Part shown: positions 11,955 through 21,674 of the stretch, in pieces
Numbering within the stretch: the first letter of the stretch is position 1
Layout: the number at the start of each line of letters is the position of its first letter
Assembly: GCA_965261595.1 (NCBI GenBank)
Contig: CBDHDG010000005.1
Coordinates: forward strand, 64,001-128,000
Origin: a bacterium
GTDB taxonomy: Bacteria; UBA8248; JACPRG01; G963555815
Direction: 5' to 3'
DNA: 64,000 nucleotides
Notes under the pieces: generated by a model
What the model saw: only the letters and a program-made list of their open reading frames with translations
What the model was told of the DNA's origin: nothing
The model's database searches: none
Translations under genes and position numbers: made by a program

Positions 11955-12904
11955 CCCGCATTTCCCATATGGATGATAATTTTTAACGCCCCGAAGGCCG
12001 TTTTCTCGTGTAAAATCAAGGTGTTGGCCTCTCCCTGCCATCATCTTGCGAGGGGACCCGATGGGTGAAGCGAAAAAGAGGCCGTTGAGGCTCCAATTCG
12101 ACGGTCGGCTCAGGCTGGAGTTTCACGGAGCAAAGGTTACGAGTGACGCCGGTTTGCTTGCCTATCGTGAACTGGATGAGGTGTTGGGGCTGACGAAGGC
12201 GGCCGAGGGGTTTCTGTCCGATTCACGGACGGGCGGGAACACCCGGCACAGCCTCACCGCTTTGGTGCGCCAGTCGGTCTACAGCCGCCTGGCAGGATAT
12301 AAAGACACCAATGATGCCGAGCGGCTCTGTGTCGATCCCGCCATGCGTCAGGTGGTTGGGGGGCGAGCGAAGTATCACACCGCTGCCTCCACCAGCCAGA
12401 TGAGCCGATTCGAGACGCAGACCCTCACCCGGCCCCTTAACCCCTCAAGGCGCTGAGCGGTCTGCCCGGTGTGTTGGTGGATCGTGTCCGCAAACGCAAG
12501 CCGATTCGCAAGCTGATCCTGGACATGGACAGTTCGGTCAGCCCGACCCACGGTGAGCAGGAAGGCTCTTCCTACAACGGCCACTTCGGCTGCACCTGCT
12601 ATCACCCACTGTTTTGCTTCAACCAGTTTGGCGATCTGGAGCGGGCGCTGTTGCGCAACGGCAAGGTCCACAGCGCTGATGACTGGTGGTCTGTATTGGA
12701 GCCGGTGGTAGCTCGCTACCGGGATGCGAAGGTCTGTCGGTTTTTTCGAGGCGACGCGGCATTTGCCAAGCCGGAGGTGTACCGATACCTTGAGGCGGAG
12801 GGCTACTCCTATGCGATTCGGCTTCCGGCCAACGCCATCTTGTACAGGGACATCGAATGCCTTCTGACCCGGCCGGTTGGCCGACCGCCCAAAAGGCCCA
12901 TTAT
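11955..12904 (+). mobile_element. IS1380-family element B, 3'-truncated copy
   Basis: 950 bp matching the start of the 12905-14599 element. Confidence 0.88.
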
Positions 12905-14599
12905 CCCGCATTTCCCATATGGATGATAATTTTTAACGCCCCGAAGGCCGTTTTCTCGTGTAAAATCAAGGTGTTGGCCTCTCCCTGCCATCATCTTGCG
13001 AGGGGACCCGATGGGTGAAGCGAAAAAGAGGCCGTTGAGGCTCCAATTCGACGGTCGGCTCAGGCTGGAGTTTCACGGAGCAAAGGTTACGAGTGACGCC
13101 GGTTTGCTTGCCTATCGTGAACTGGATGAGGTGTTGGGGCTGACGAAGGCGGCCGAGGGGTTTCTGTCCGATTCACGGACGGGCGGGAACACCCGGCACA
13201 GCCTCACCGCTTTGGTGCGCCAGTCGGTCTACAGCCGCCTGGCAGGATATAAAGACACCAATGATGCCGAGCGGCTCTGTGTCGATCCCGCCATGCGTCA
13301 GGTGGTTGGGGGGCGAGCGAAGTATCACACCGCTGCCTCCACCAGCCAGATGAGCCGATTCGAGACGCAGACCCTCACCCGGCCCCTTAACCCCTCAAGG
13401 CGCTGAGCGGTCTGCCCGGTGTGTTGGTGGATCGTGTCCGCAAACGCAAGCCGATTCGCAAGCTGATCCTGGACATGGACAGTTCGGTCAGCCCGACCCA
13501 CGGTGAGCAGGAAGGCTCTTCCTACAACGGCCACTTCGGCTGCACCTGCTATCACCCACTGTTTTGCTTCAACCAGTTTGGCGATCTGGAGCGGGCGCTG
13601 TTGCGCAACGGCAAGGTCCACAGCGCTGATGACTGGTGGTCTGTATTGGAGCCGGTGGTAGCTCGCTACCGGGATGCGAAGGTCTGTCGGTTTTTTCGAG
13701 GCGACGCGGCATTTGCCAAGCCGGAGGTGTACCGATACCTTGAGGCGGAGGGCTACTCCTATGCGATTCGGCTTCCGGCCAACGCCATCTTGTACAGGGA
13801 CATCGAATGCCTTCTGACCCGGCCGGTTGGCCGACCGCCCAAAAGGCCCATTATCTTCTACCACAGCGTCTCCTATCAGGCGGCTAGTTGGGAGAAGCCT
13901 CGCCGGGTGGTGGTGGCGGTCGAGTGGCACCAGGGCGAGTTGTTTCCAAGAGTCAGCTTCATCGTGACCAACCTGCACTGGCGGGAAGAGAACGTCGTGA
14001 GGTTCTACAACCAGCGTGGGACGGCGGAGCAGTGGATCAAGGAGGGCAAGTACGCCCTGAACTGGACGCGCCTGTCCTGCCACGGCTTTGAAGAGAACCA
14101 GGTCCGCTTGCAACTATTTGCCTTGGCGTACAACCTGGCAAACTTCCTGCGGCGGCTGGCGTTGCCCAGAGCGGTGAAGCACTGGTCGCTGACGACGTTA
14201 CGCGAGAAGCTGATTAAGATTGGGGCCAAGGTGGTCACCCACGCCCGGCACACCACCTTCCAGATGGCCGAGGTGGCCGTGCCGCGTCAACTGTTCAGGG
14301 CAATCCTTGAACGAATTCGACGGTTGTGGTTACCGCCTCCCGTACCAGATACCGGATGACGGAGCAGATGGCCCGGAAGCTTAGTGACGTGGTGGAGACG
14401 GGGGATCAGTCTGTGCCGAACTCCCCTGAGTGTGCCGGTAGAGCTGGGTTTTCAAGGGATTGCGGCTTTAGGACGGCCGTTGCCCCTCGATTGAGCAGAG
14501 GGTTCTGCAAAGAGACCCTGAATCTGTAGTAAAATGGGGTACTTTGATGACACAGGAGGACCGCAGGATGGCTAAGAGTGGTCATCTGGGAAATCCCGG
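12905..14599 (+). mobile_element. IS1380-family element B, full length (1695 bp), frameshifted transposase
   Basis: Same IRL as element A; IRR ATCTGGGAAATCCCGG; ORFs 13011-13406 and 13421-14359. Confidence 0.9.
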
Positions 14600-14799
14600 T
14601 TTAAATCAAGACAACTCTTGTATTGACCACCCGTTGCTCTTTAACTCAATTAGAGCCCTCTTTACCGGGGCTGTCAACACCATTTCGGGCGCCTGAAACC
14701 CTGATCGGAGCGGTATCCGCCATTGGAAAACCATGTCAGCGCCGGCGTGTAAACGGGCTTGACCACCAGGTTTGGAGTCTTCGTCATTTTGCCCTTGTG

Positions 14800-15208
14800 T
14801 GGACTCCGCTTAGGGTCGCTAGACAGGCACCGGGCATCATCGCTTGATTCTCTCCAAGATAAGGGCAAATGTCTTCCTGGATACACCGACCTCGGCCAAC
14901 TGGAAGGTGATGTGGCGGGCGTACCGCACGAGCCGGCCGCCCATTTTGAGGAGCTTAAGCTGAAGGCCGCGTAACGACCAGTGCTTGATCCCTCTCGGCA
15001 GGCCAGCAATCCCGCATCCGAAGTCATTCTGGTTCCGTGAAACTCAAGCCTCAGCCGACGCTCAAAACGGACCTTCAACGCCCACTTTTTCGCTTCACCC
15101 ATTGGATTACCCCGCGAGAGGATGGCTCGGGGAGGCTCATGCATTGATTTTACTCCAGAAAATGTCCTCCGGTCCGACAAAAGTTATGATCCATATGGGA
15201 TATCTGGG
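14800..15208 (-). mobile_element. Internally deleted IS1380-family remnant C
   Basis: IRL-like CCCAGATATCCCATAT; transposase N-terminus (MGEAKK...LLACRE) fused directly to the C-terminal KHWSLR...FQLAEV segment; other end unclear. Confidence 0.75.
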
Positions 15209-15213
15209 ATAAT

Positions 15214-15377
15214 GTTAGCATTATGCGCATTCTGACTCTACCAGGGCCCAAAGGGGAATTGCGTCTCCAACGGTCGGGGAAGGCCGCTCACTCTCGCTCT
15301 CGAGGGGGACGGAAAAGGGAGGATGTCACAATGTACCGAAAGATCATGACCGTTTTGCTGGCTTTAGGTTTTCTGGG
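15214..15377 (+). repeat. Captured copy of TAXI promoter and first codons (reverse complement of 41724-41887)
   Basis: With 11941-11954 it reproduces 41724-41901. Confidence 0.9.
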
Positions 15378-15408
15378 TAAATAAGGGTTTGGGACAAAGG
15401 AGATAGTT

Positions 15409-15639
15409 ATGTCGAAGGTACTTTTGAGTCTTGTCCTGCTTGGTGTCGTAGGCCTTACTGGTTGTGCCAGTAAAGCCGGTCCCTTTGTTACGAACATTAG
15501 TAGCGATGGGCGCGGCGGGATTGTCATAGAGAAATGCATGGTGCGCCTGGATCGGACGATCAATACAGTAGAGGCGTCGGATTGCACCAACACGAGCATC
15601 CGATTGACGCGCCCACCAGAAACTGGAAAGCAACCCTAG
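15409..15639 (+). CDS. Small lipoprotein, unknown function
   Basis: RBS AAGGAG; signal peptide with lipobox LTGC; two further Cys. Confidence 0.75.
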   Translation: MSKVLLSLVLLGVVGLTGCASKAGPFVTNISSDGRGGIVIEKCMVRLDRTINTVEASDCTNTSIRLTRPPETGKQP

Positions 15640-16159
15640 CCTAGATGTAGGTCCACGGCCAGCTCGTTTTCTGGTTCGCCGCCAGTTGGTTGAATTTCAG
15701 GAAGCGGCCCCTGCGCCCGTTCGTACTTCAAGGGCAACGGCCCCTGCCGCCGCCGGCGCGCCACGTCCCTGAGCAAGTCCCTGACGGACCGGACAGCCTC
15801 AAACGCTTCCCGTTCTTCCTGGTGACGCTCACGCTTCCGCTCACAGGCACCCTCCGTCCCCAGCTCAACCGTCAGGGTGTCCAAGTCGCGCACCAAGGCC
15901 TTGAGCCGCCTACCGTCCCGTTTCACCAGGCCAACAGCCTCGAGGGCCAGGACGTTCTTTCGTTCTGTGTCCCGACACCGCCCCGTAAGACGGGCCAGGG
16001 CCGCCAGGCTTCGCACTTCACCCTCATTCAAGAGCGTGTCCCACGTACTTTCAGCACTTCGCGGTAACCTCTCCCGAAAAGCGTCGTGCCGCCCACACCG
16101 CCGAATAGTGGGACAGTCTTGCCTCACGTTTTTTGGGGTATTAGGGGTTGTCTTTGGGG
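15636..16159 (-). pseudogene. 3' fragment of a winged-helix (Rep-like) gene, now fused in frame to the MMPL 5' half
   Basis: SLAALARLTGR...VLALEAVGLVKRDG wHTH-like stretch; higher GC than the MMPL DNA. Confidence 0.45.
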
Positions 16160-16825
16160 TATATTCCTCAAACTTCTTCCTTATTAGGCCTAGATCGTGC
16201 TGAAGAGAGTCTATGACAAATGGCCGACTACGTACCTCCGCAACGAATATGGTACTTCTTCTATCTTTCGAAAACCAAACCCCGTCATGTCTCTGCAATT
16301 CATTGCCAACGCTCATATTCTTCATCACCTGTAAGAACTCTCCACTTGGATCGTTGGCAAAGTAACGCTTCTGGAGTATTCCGCGAGATGACGATAACCC
16401 CTTAACCTGTCTTTCCAAGGATTCCCGTAACCCCCTCGCAGTAAAGCTCCCTCCTTTAACACCGGGACTGAGGAGATAACGATTCCTAAAGAGAAAAGAT
16501 ATGTCGTCTTGGATGAACCCAGCCTCACCGTTGAGGATTTGTACAAACCGACCGCTCGCCATCAGATCCCTAGCCATTCTTTTATTCAATCTCGCGAGCG
16601 ATTCCGCATTATCCTCATTCATTGATACCAACATTGTCCTTGACCCATTACCTTCTCTAAGTAGCAACAATAATAGCCTGTCTTGAGCGTTCGAACCATT
16701 TGGCAGAAATATAGAAAAATCGGTCACTATTTTACCTTTCATCACAACTCCCCATCCAGCTAAACCGATAAAGCCAAGCCACAATAATATAATAAGCTTT
16801 CTTTCTGACCCTCTTTTACTCATTA

Positions 16826-17422
16826 CTTAAATTCATTATAGTCCGATCTCCAGTCCTTTCTATGTACTGGAATTCTCAATTTTCACATTAGCCCCCATGA
16901 GAAATATTGTCTTTAAGAAGAGATTCAATCTCCAACTCTTTGGGGGTATGTTTATTTCCCCCAATCAAAAGATCCAGCTATTTCCTATTTATAATTACGC
17001 TGAAGGGCCTCTAAATCGCCATCTATTGTCTTTAGCAAGCCCTCCACTGCACCTTTTATAGGAGGCAAGGATTTAAGATTTTGTTTATCTGACCTTTCAT
17101 CATTCTCGATTACTACCTCCCTTTCTAAGATCGTTACCTCCCCCTTATACGGTTTAACCGTCATCTTAGTAATCTTTCCAGATGCCTTATAAGTTAGTGT
17201 CCCTTGAATCATGAGTGCCTTATCAAGGGCAGAAAGGTATCTCATTTCAAGAAAGTTAGCTTCTTCACATCTTAGCTTGGGACAACTCTGTCCGAAATAT
17301 GCCTAAAGTGATTGCCATGGTGTGATTTGATTGGCGACGGCCCCTCTCGGCAACATTAACGACCGATTAGAAAAGCGGCATCCTAATTCCAGATAGGTCA
17401 AATACCATCTTTGTATGAGCAT
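16826..17422 (-). pseudogene. LolA-like carrier protein of a xanthomonadin/APE-type cluster
   Basis: FLEMRYLSALDKALMIQGTLTY...TVKPY pattern; stops and frameshifts; lies between acyltransferase and MMPL. Confidence 0.6.
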
Positions 17423-17433
17423 GGGATCTCCCT

Positions 17434-18323
17434 CTATTCTTTCCAAAACTTGTAGAAATTGAACCAGTTATAGGGAGCCATACGGCAATATTCTTCAAGT
17501 CTCCGGACATATTGCCGAACAAGAGCCGCGAATTCAACCTCACGCATCCCCTTAAGCTTCTGAGGTTCATTCACTAAGGGTTCAAAATAGATTTTATAGC
17601 GATTTCCACCCATATAAAGTCCGAAGAATATAAAGATTGGTAAGCGTAGAGTGGAGGCTAGTCGGTAGGGGGAGACAGGAAAGGATGTCGGACTCCCGAG
17701 GAATTCCAATTCTATAGTGTCACGATCATTAAAGACCCGATCTCCAAGAATTCCAACAATGCCCCCTCCCGTCGAATCTCCGTTAACCCGAGGAGAGAAT
17801 TTGCTGTTCCAATCGGGATTATTTGCTCTGCCATCTCTGCATTAAAACCTTCCAAGCGGCGGGATATCTTTCTTGCTTCGTCTTCAACCATAAGCATATA
17901 GATCTTGATATTCTGCCTTGTCATTCCAAGTACTCGCACAATCTCGAAGCTTCCAAGATGGGACCCCAACAAAATACATCCGCCAGATTCTTTGAGACAC
18001 TCAAATAATGCCTCCTCTCCTTCAGTTGTCACCTGAAACTCCTTGTATCTGCCACTCCAAAAGAATATCCGATCTAGAATTGTACTTCCAAACGTATGAA
18101 AATGGCGATACAAGTGCGTACATCCAATTGATTCCCCGAGGACTTTGTAAAGGAATTCCCGTGACGCCTGACGCGCTTTCCTTTCCAGGATGAGGTAATA
18201 GAATACTATGAATGGCAGGAAGGCTCGGGAAGCATTGCGCCCAAATGTGAGACTGAGGCACGCATAGAGGCGCATTAATATAGAACTGCCCCGCTCCCGC
18301 TGATTTATCCAGGCTTTAGCCAT
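17434..18323 (-). pseudogene. LpxL-like acyltransferase, frameshifted
   Basis: WINQRERGS, LLGSHLGSFE, C-terminal PYNWFNFYKFW in another frame. Confidence 0.8.
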
Positions 18324-18663
18324 GGGTTCTAGAGTCCAGGTTCTGATTCTTTCCATAGCGACAAATCGCTACAAAAATCTTGCTATTATTAACCAAACCC
18401 TCAATCCGAACAATCGAATCTGTCAGTTGAGTAATACTTAGATCTACGGTTTCATCCGGGCGCAATGGTCGGACGAACTTTGCAGATTCAAGGACTGGAA
18501 GGTGGGGGTCGAATTCTCCTCCTTTCTCTAGGCGAACAATGATTTCGTCAAGAATTACTGCACCTGGGACAAGGGGATTCTCTGGGAAGTGACCAGAAAG
18601 AGAGGCATGACTAGAGGAAATACGAATACTGGAATTCGTTGAGTTATCCCGCCTCGGTCTCAT
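18316..18663 (-). CDS. FabA/FabZ-like (ApeI-like) hotdog dehydratase
   Basis: HASLSGHFPENPLVPGAVILD; KFVRPLRP. Confidence 0.8.
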   Translation of the reverse strand: MRPRRDNSTNSSIRISSSHASLSGHFPENPLVPGAVILDEIIVRLEKGGEFDPHLPVLESAKFVRPLRPDETVDLSITQLTDSIVRIEGLVNNSKIFVAICRYGKNQNLDSRTHG

Positions 18664-18678
18664 CGCTAGAAAGCTCGC

Positions 18679-19545
18679 TCATGGGGCGCTGTTGATTAGC
18701 TTTAATAGCTCGTCACGGGAGATCTTACCGGTTTCATTCATAGGTAAGGAGTCGATAAAGTATATCCGACGAGGGATAAACGCGGCGTCGAGCCTATTGG
18801 ATAGTGCTTCTATAATGGTGCTGGGCGCTACATTTGGCGCTACAACCACTGCCTCAAGCCGCCCTAACTCTCGATAATCCGAGCGTTGTTGAATAAAGCA
18901 CCCATCCTGGACTCCAGGAATCTCGTTTAGATGGCAGTTAAGATTTCCTAACGATTCCCTTTTGCCTGCGATCCTAATCATGGAGGACAGGCGGTCTCCT
19001 AACAGGAGGGTCTTCTCTGATTTCGGCTCAATATTATCCATCAACGGAATTGTTTCCGGGAGGTATGGAGCTTGAACAACACATCGGTCTCCATCTCCCA
19101 GGATCCGTACGTCATCAAGGAGATGCCACAATTTCCCATCCGAGGTCCTGCGGACCGCGAGTGATCCTGCTTCAGTACATCCATATATTTCGTAAACATT
19201 CGTATTGAACTGGGTTTCAGCTTTTCGGGACAAATCAAGACTAAGATGATCGGTCGCGGAGATGACAATTTCCAGATCAGGTAGAGGGAGTTTCGCCTTT
19301 AAAAGGATGTTTAAATAATGCGGCGTCGTTACAAATACCCGTGGTGGAGGTATATGGGAGAGAGCCTTTTGGACATCTTTTGGGTAGTAAGGGCGCTTAA
19401 AATAAAAGGTAGATCCTGTTTGCAAAGGAAGCATTATGCCAACTTCCAATCCATACATATGCTGAGCAGGGACTGTTGCGATGTAGTTATAACGCAGTGT
19501 CTGATTCAACTGCAACGATTCTGCTGTGCTCTTTGCTACCTGGAC
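18679..19545 (-). pseudogene. AMP-binding acyl ligase (XanA2-like), 5'-truncated by IS
   Basis: ATVPAQHMYGLE, EIYGCTEAG, IRIAGKRESL, LPMNETGKI; N-terminus replaced by IS3-A. Confidence 0.8.
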
Positions 19546-20805
19546 TGGAGTTGACCCGGTTTGGTGGACACCTGATGATTTGGGGGTAAAGGAGGTGTTC
19601 ACGATGCCACAGACTCACCCACGCTATCCAATGGAGTTCCGCTGCCAGATGGTAGAGTTGGTCCGGGCGGGACGTACGCCCGAGGCGCTGGCGCACGAGT
19701 TCGAGCCCTCGGCGCAGACGATCCGCACCTGGGCCCATCAAGCCGACGTTGACGAGTGGCGTCGCAAAGACGGGCTCACGAGCGATGAGCGGGAGGAGTT
19801 GCGCCGACTTCGCCGCGAGAACCGACAGCTCCGCCAGGAGCGGGAGATCTTAGCAAAAGCCGCGGCCTGGTTTGCTCGGGAGACCGATTCGATCCCGTCC
19901 GGATCTACGGGTTCGTGAGGGCGAACCAGGCCATGTATCGGACCGCCACCATGTGCCGGGTGCTGGGCGTCTCCTCCAGCGGCTACTACGCGTGGCGCAG
20001 GCGCGCGCCGTGTGCCCGCTCGTGTGCCGATCGGGCGCTCACCAAACGCATTCAGGCGATCCACGAGCGTTCTCGGGGGACTTACGGCGTGCCGCGCGTC
20101 CATGCCGAGCTGGAGGCTGAGGGAGTGCGTGTGGGCCGCAAGCGCGTCGCCAGGCTGATACGTGGGGCGGGACTTGCGGGCGTCAGTCGGCGCAAGGGAG
20201 CGCGCACGACGCAGCGCCGGCAGGAGGCGCGGCCGGCCCCTGATCTGGTGGACCGCAACTTCACGGCCGAGGCCCCCGACCGGCTGTGGGTGGCCGACAT
20301 CACCTACGTTCCGACATGGGCGGGGTTTTTGTATCTGGCCGTGGCGCTCGATGCGTTCAGCCGGCGCATCGTGGGGTGGTCGATGGCCACACACCTGCGG
20401 GCCGAGTTGGTGCTCGACGCGCTCGACATGGCGCTGTATAAGCGCCGTCCCCGGGCCGTCATCCACCACTCCGACCAGGGCACGCAGTACACCTCGGTCG
20501 CCTTTGGGCAGCGCTGCCGGCAGGCGGGCGTGCGTCCCTCCATGGGTTCGGTCGGGGACTGCTACGACAACGCGCTGTGTGAGAGCTTTTTCGCCACGCT
20601 GGAGTGCGAGCTCCTCGCTCGCCACAGTTTCCGCACCCGGGCCGAGGCGCGCATGGAGGTGTTCGGGTTCATCGAGGGCTTCTACAACCCGCATCGTCGG
20701 CACTCCTCCATCGACAACCTGTCACCCGTTAACTACGAAAGGAGACAACAACGCACACCCTGAAAACCCAAGTGCTTAACTCTCCACGAAACCGGGGTAA
20801 GTCCA
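19546..20805 (+). mobile_element. IS3-family element A, copy 3
   Basis: 1260 bp; orfA 19604-19918, orfB 19915-20763; flanks GAC/GTC give no TSD. Confidence 0.95.
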
Positions 20806-21184
20806 GTCCGGCTGGAAGACCTAGCTAGAGACACTTCCGGATCGTGACCGACCTGGGACCGCGTGAGGTTCCGAAGCGGAGAGAAAAGGGGCCCCGGACA
20901 GGGGGGTCGATGGGTTGCCGCTGTTCGAACAAGAAGACGAACAGCAATTGAGGGACGAACCCGAAAGCCGTTAAGCGGAGAGCCAGGGAGAGCTGTACCC
21001 TCCGGGGTGCGGGGAAGGCGAGTTCTGCGGTAAACGGTGCCAAGCGTCAGGTGTCTGTTTTAGTGTCTATTGGAGGTGCAAAAGCACCCTTATTCATACA
21101 AAATGACACAAAGGGCAGATTGCCGAAAATCCTTGTCCTGTCTACGATTGTGCCTATTGACGCGGATTTCCGGGAGCGTTCAGG

Positions 21185-21229
21185 ATGGATTTTCAGTCCA
21201 CTGCTCTACCGACTGAGCTACCCCGGCAC
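21185..21229 (-). repeat. att core: duplicated 5' half of tRNA-Phe
   Basis: Identical to 763-807; lacks T arm and 3' acceptor strand. Confidence 0.9.
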
Positions 21230-21322
21230 ACACCCTTCAAGTGCGCGTCCCGCCCTTTCGGCTCTCGCAAGGCAGGGAACAAGCACATTCTCCATTCCCC
21301 GATGGGGTTGCCGAAACACCGG

Positions 21323-21350
21323 ATTCTATCACAAACACCTTATTACGCAA
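21323..21350 (-). promoter_or_regulatory. Probable native tRNA-Phe sigma70 promoter
   Basis: TTGCGT-16 bp-TAGAAT with extended TGn, upstream of the tRNA 5' fragment. Confidence 0.5.
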
Positions 21351-21674
21351 TTCGGCCGGATGGCGCAAGAAAAGGTGACTCCGGGGTGGGTTGATTGGGA
21401 CCATAACGCTTGGCTTCACCCCCGAATTGTGGATGATCCGCATGCCCGCACAGGAGACGGGGGAGGAAGCCGCGGCCGGTCCCGGCGACTGGGTGCATGC
21501 GCCCGTGGTTGAAGGTTCATGGACGGATTTTGAAAGCGTTTACGTTTCGGCCCCCTCTGAAGAAGTGGATCCGAAGAAAATATTGTATGCTTCCAAGACG
21601 CTTGCCGGAGTGACGGTTCAAATGGAGGATGACGCCCCAATTTTTTCTGCGCGGTCGTTCTCGATGGAGGCCAG

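Larger units (their letters stand above)
6758..16823 (-). pseudogene. MMPL-family exporter in three pieces (16823-16160, 10267-10198, 7526-6758); 3' end lost
   Basis: Removing the insertions rejoins FEEY|KDRKMTLFVTG...IRD|DALLFSVMG in frame; GIGVDYPIH motif. Confidence 0.85.
763..21229. mobile_element. Decayed integrative element (satellite/PICI- or IME-like) in tRNA-Phe
   Basis: 45-bp direct repeat at 763-807 and 21185-21229; integrase, xis, RHH and Prim-Pol genes next to the tRNA. Confidence 0.85.

Noticed and set aside
21185..21229. Second functional tRNA-Phe
   Set aside because: No T arm or 3' acceptor strand; it is an att remnant
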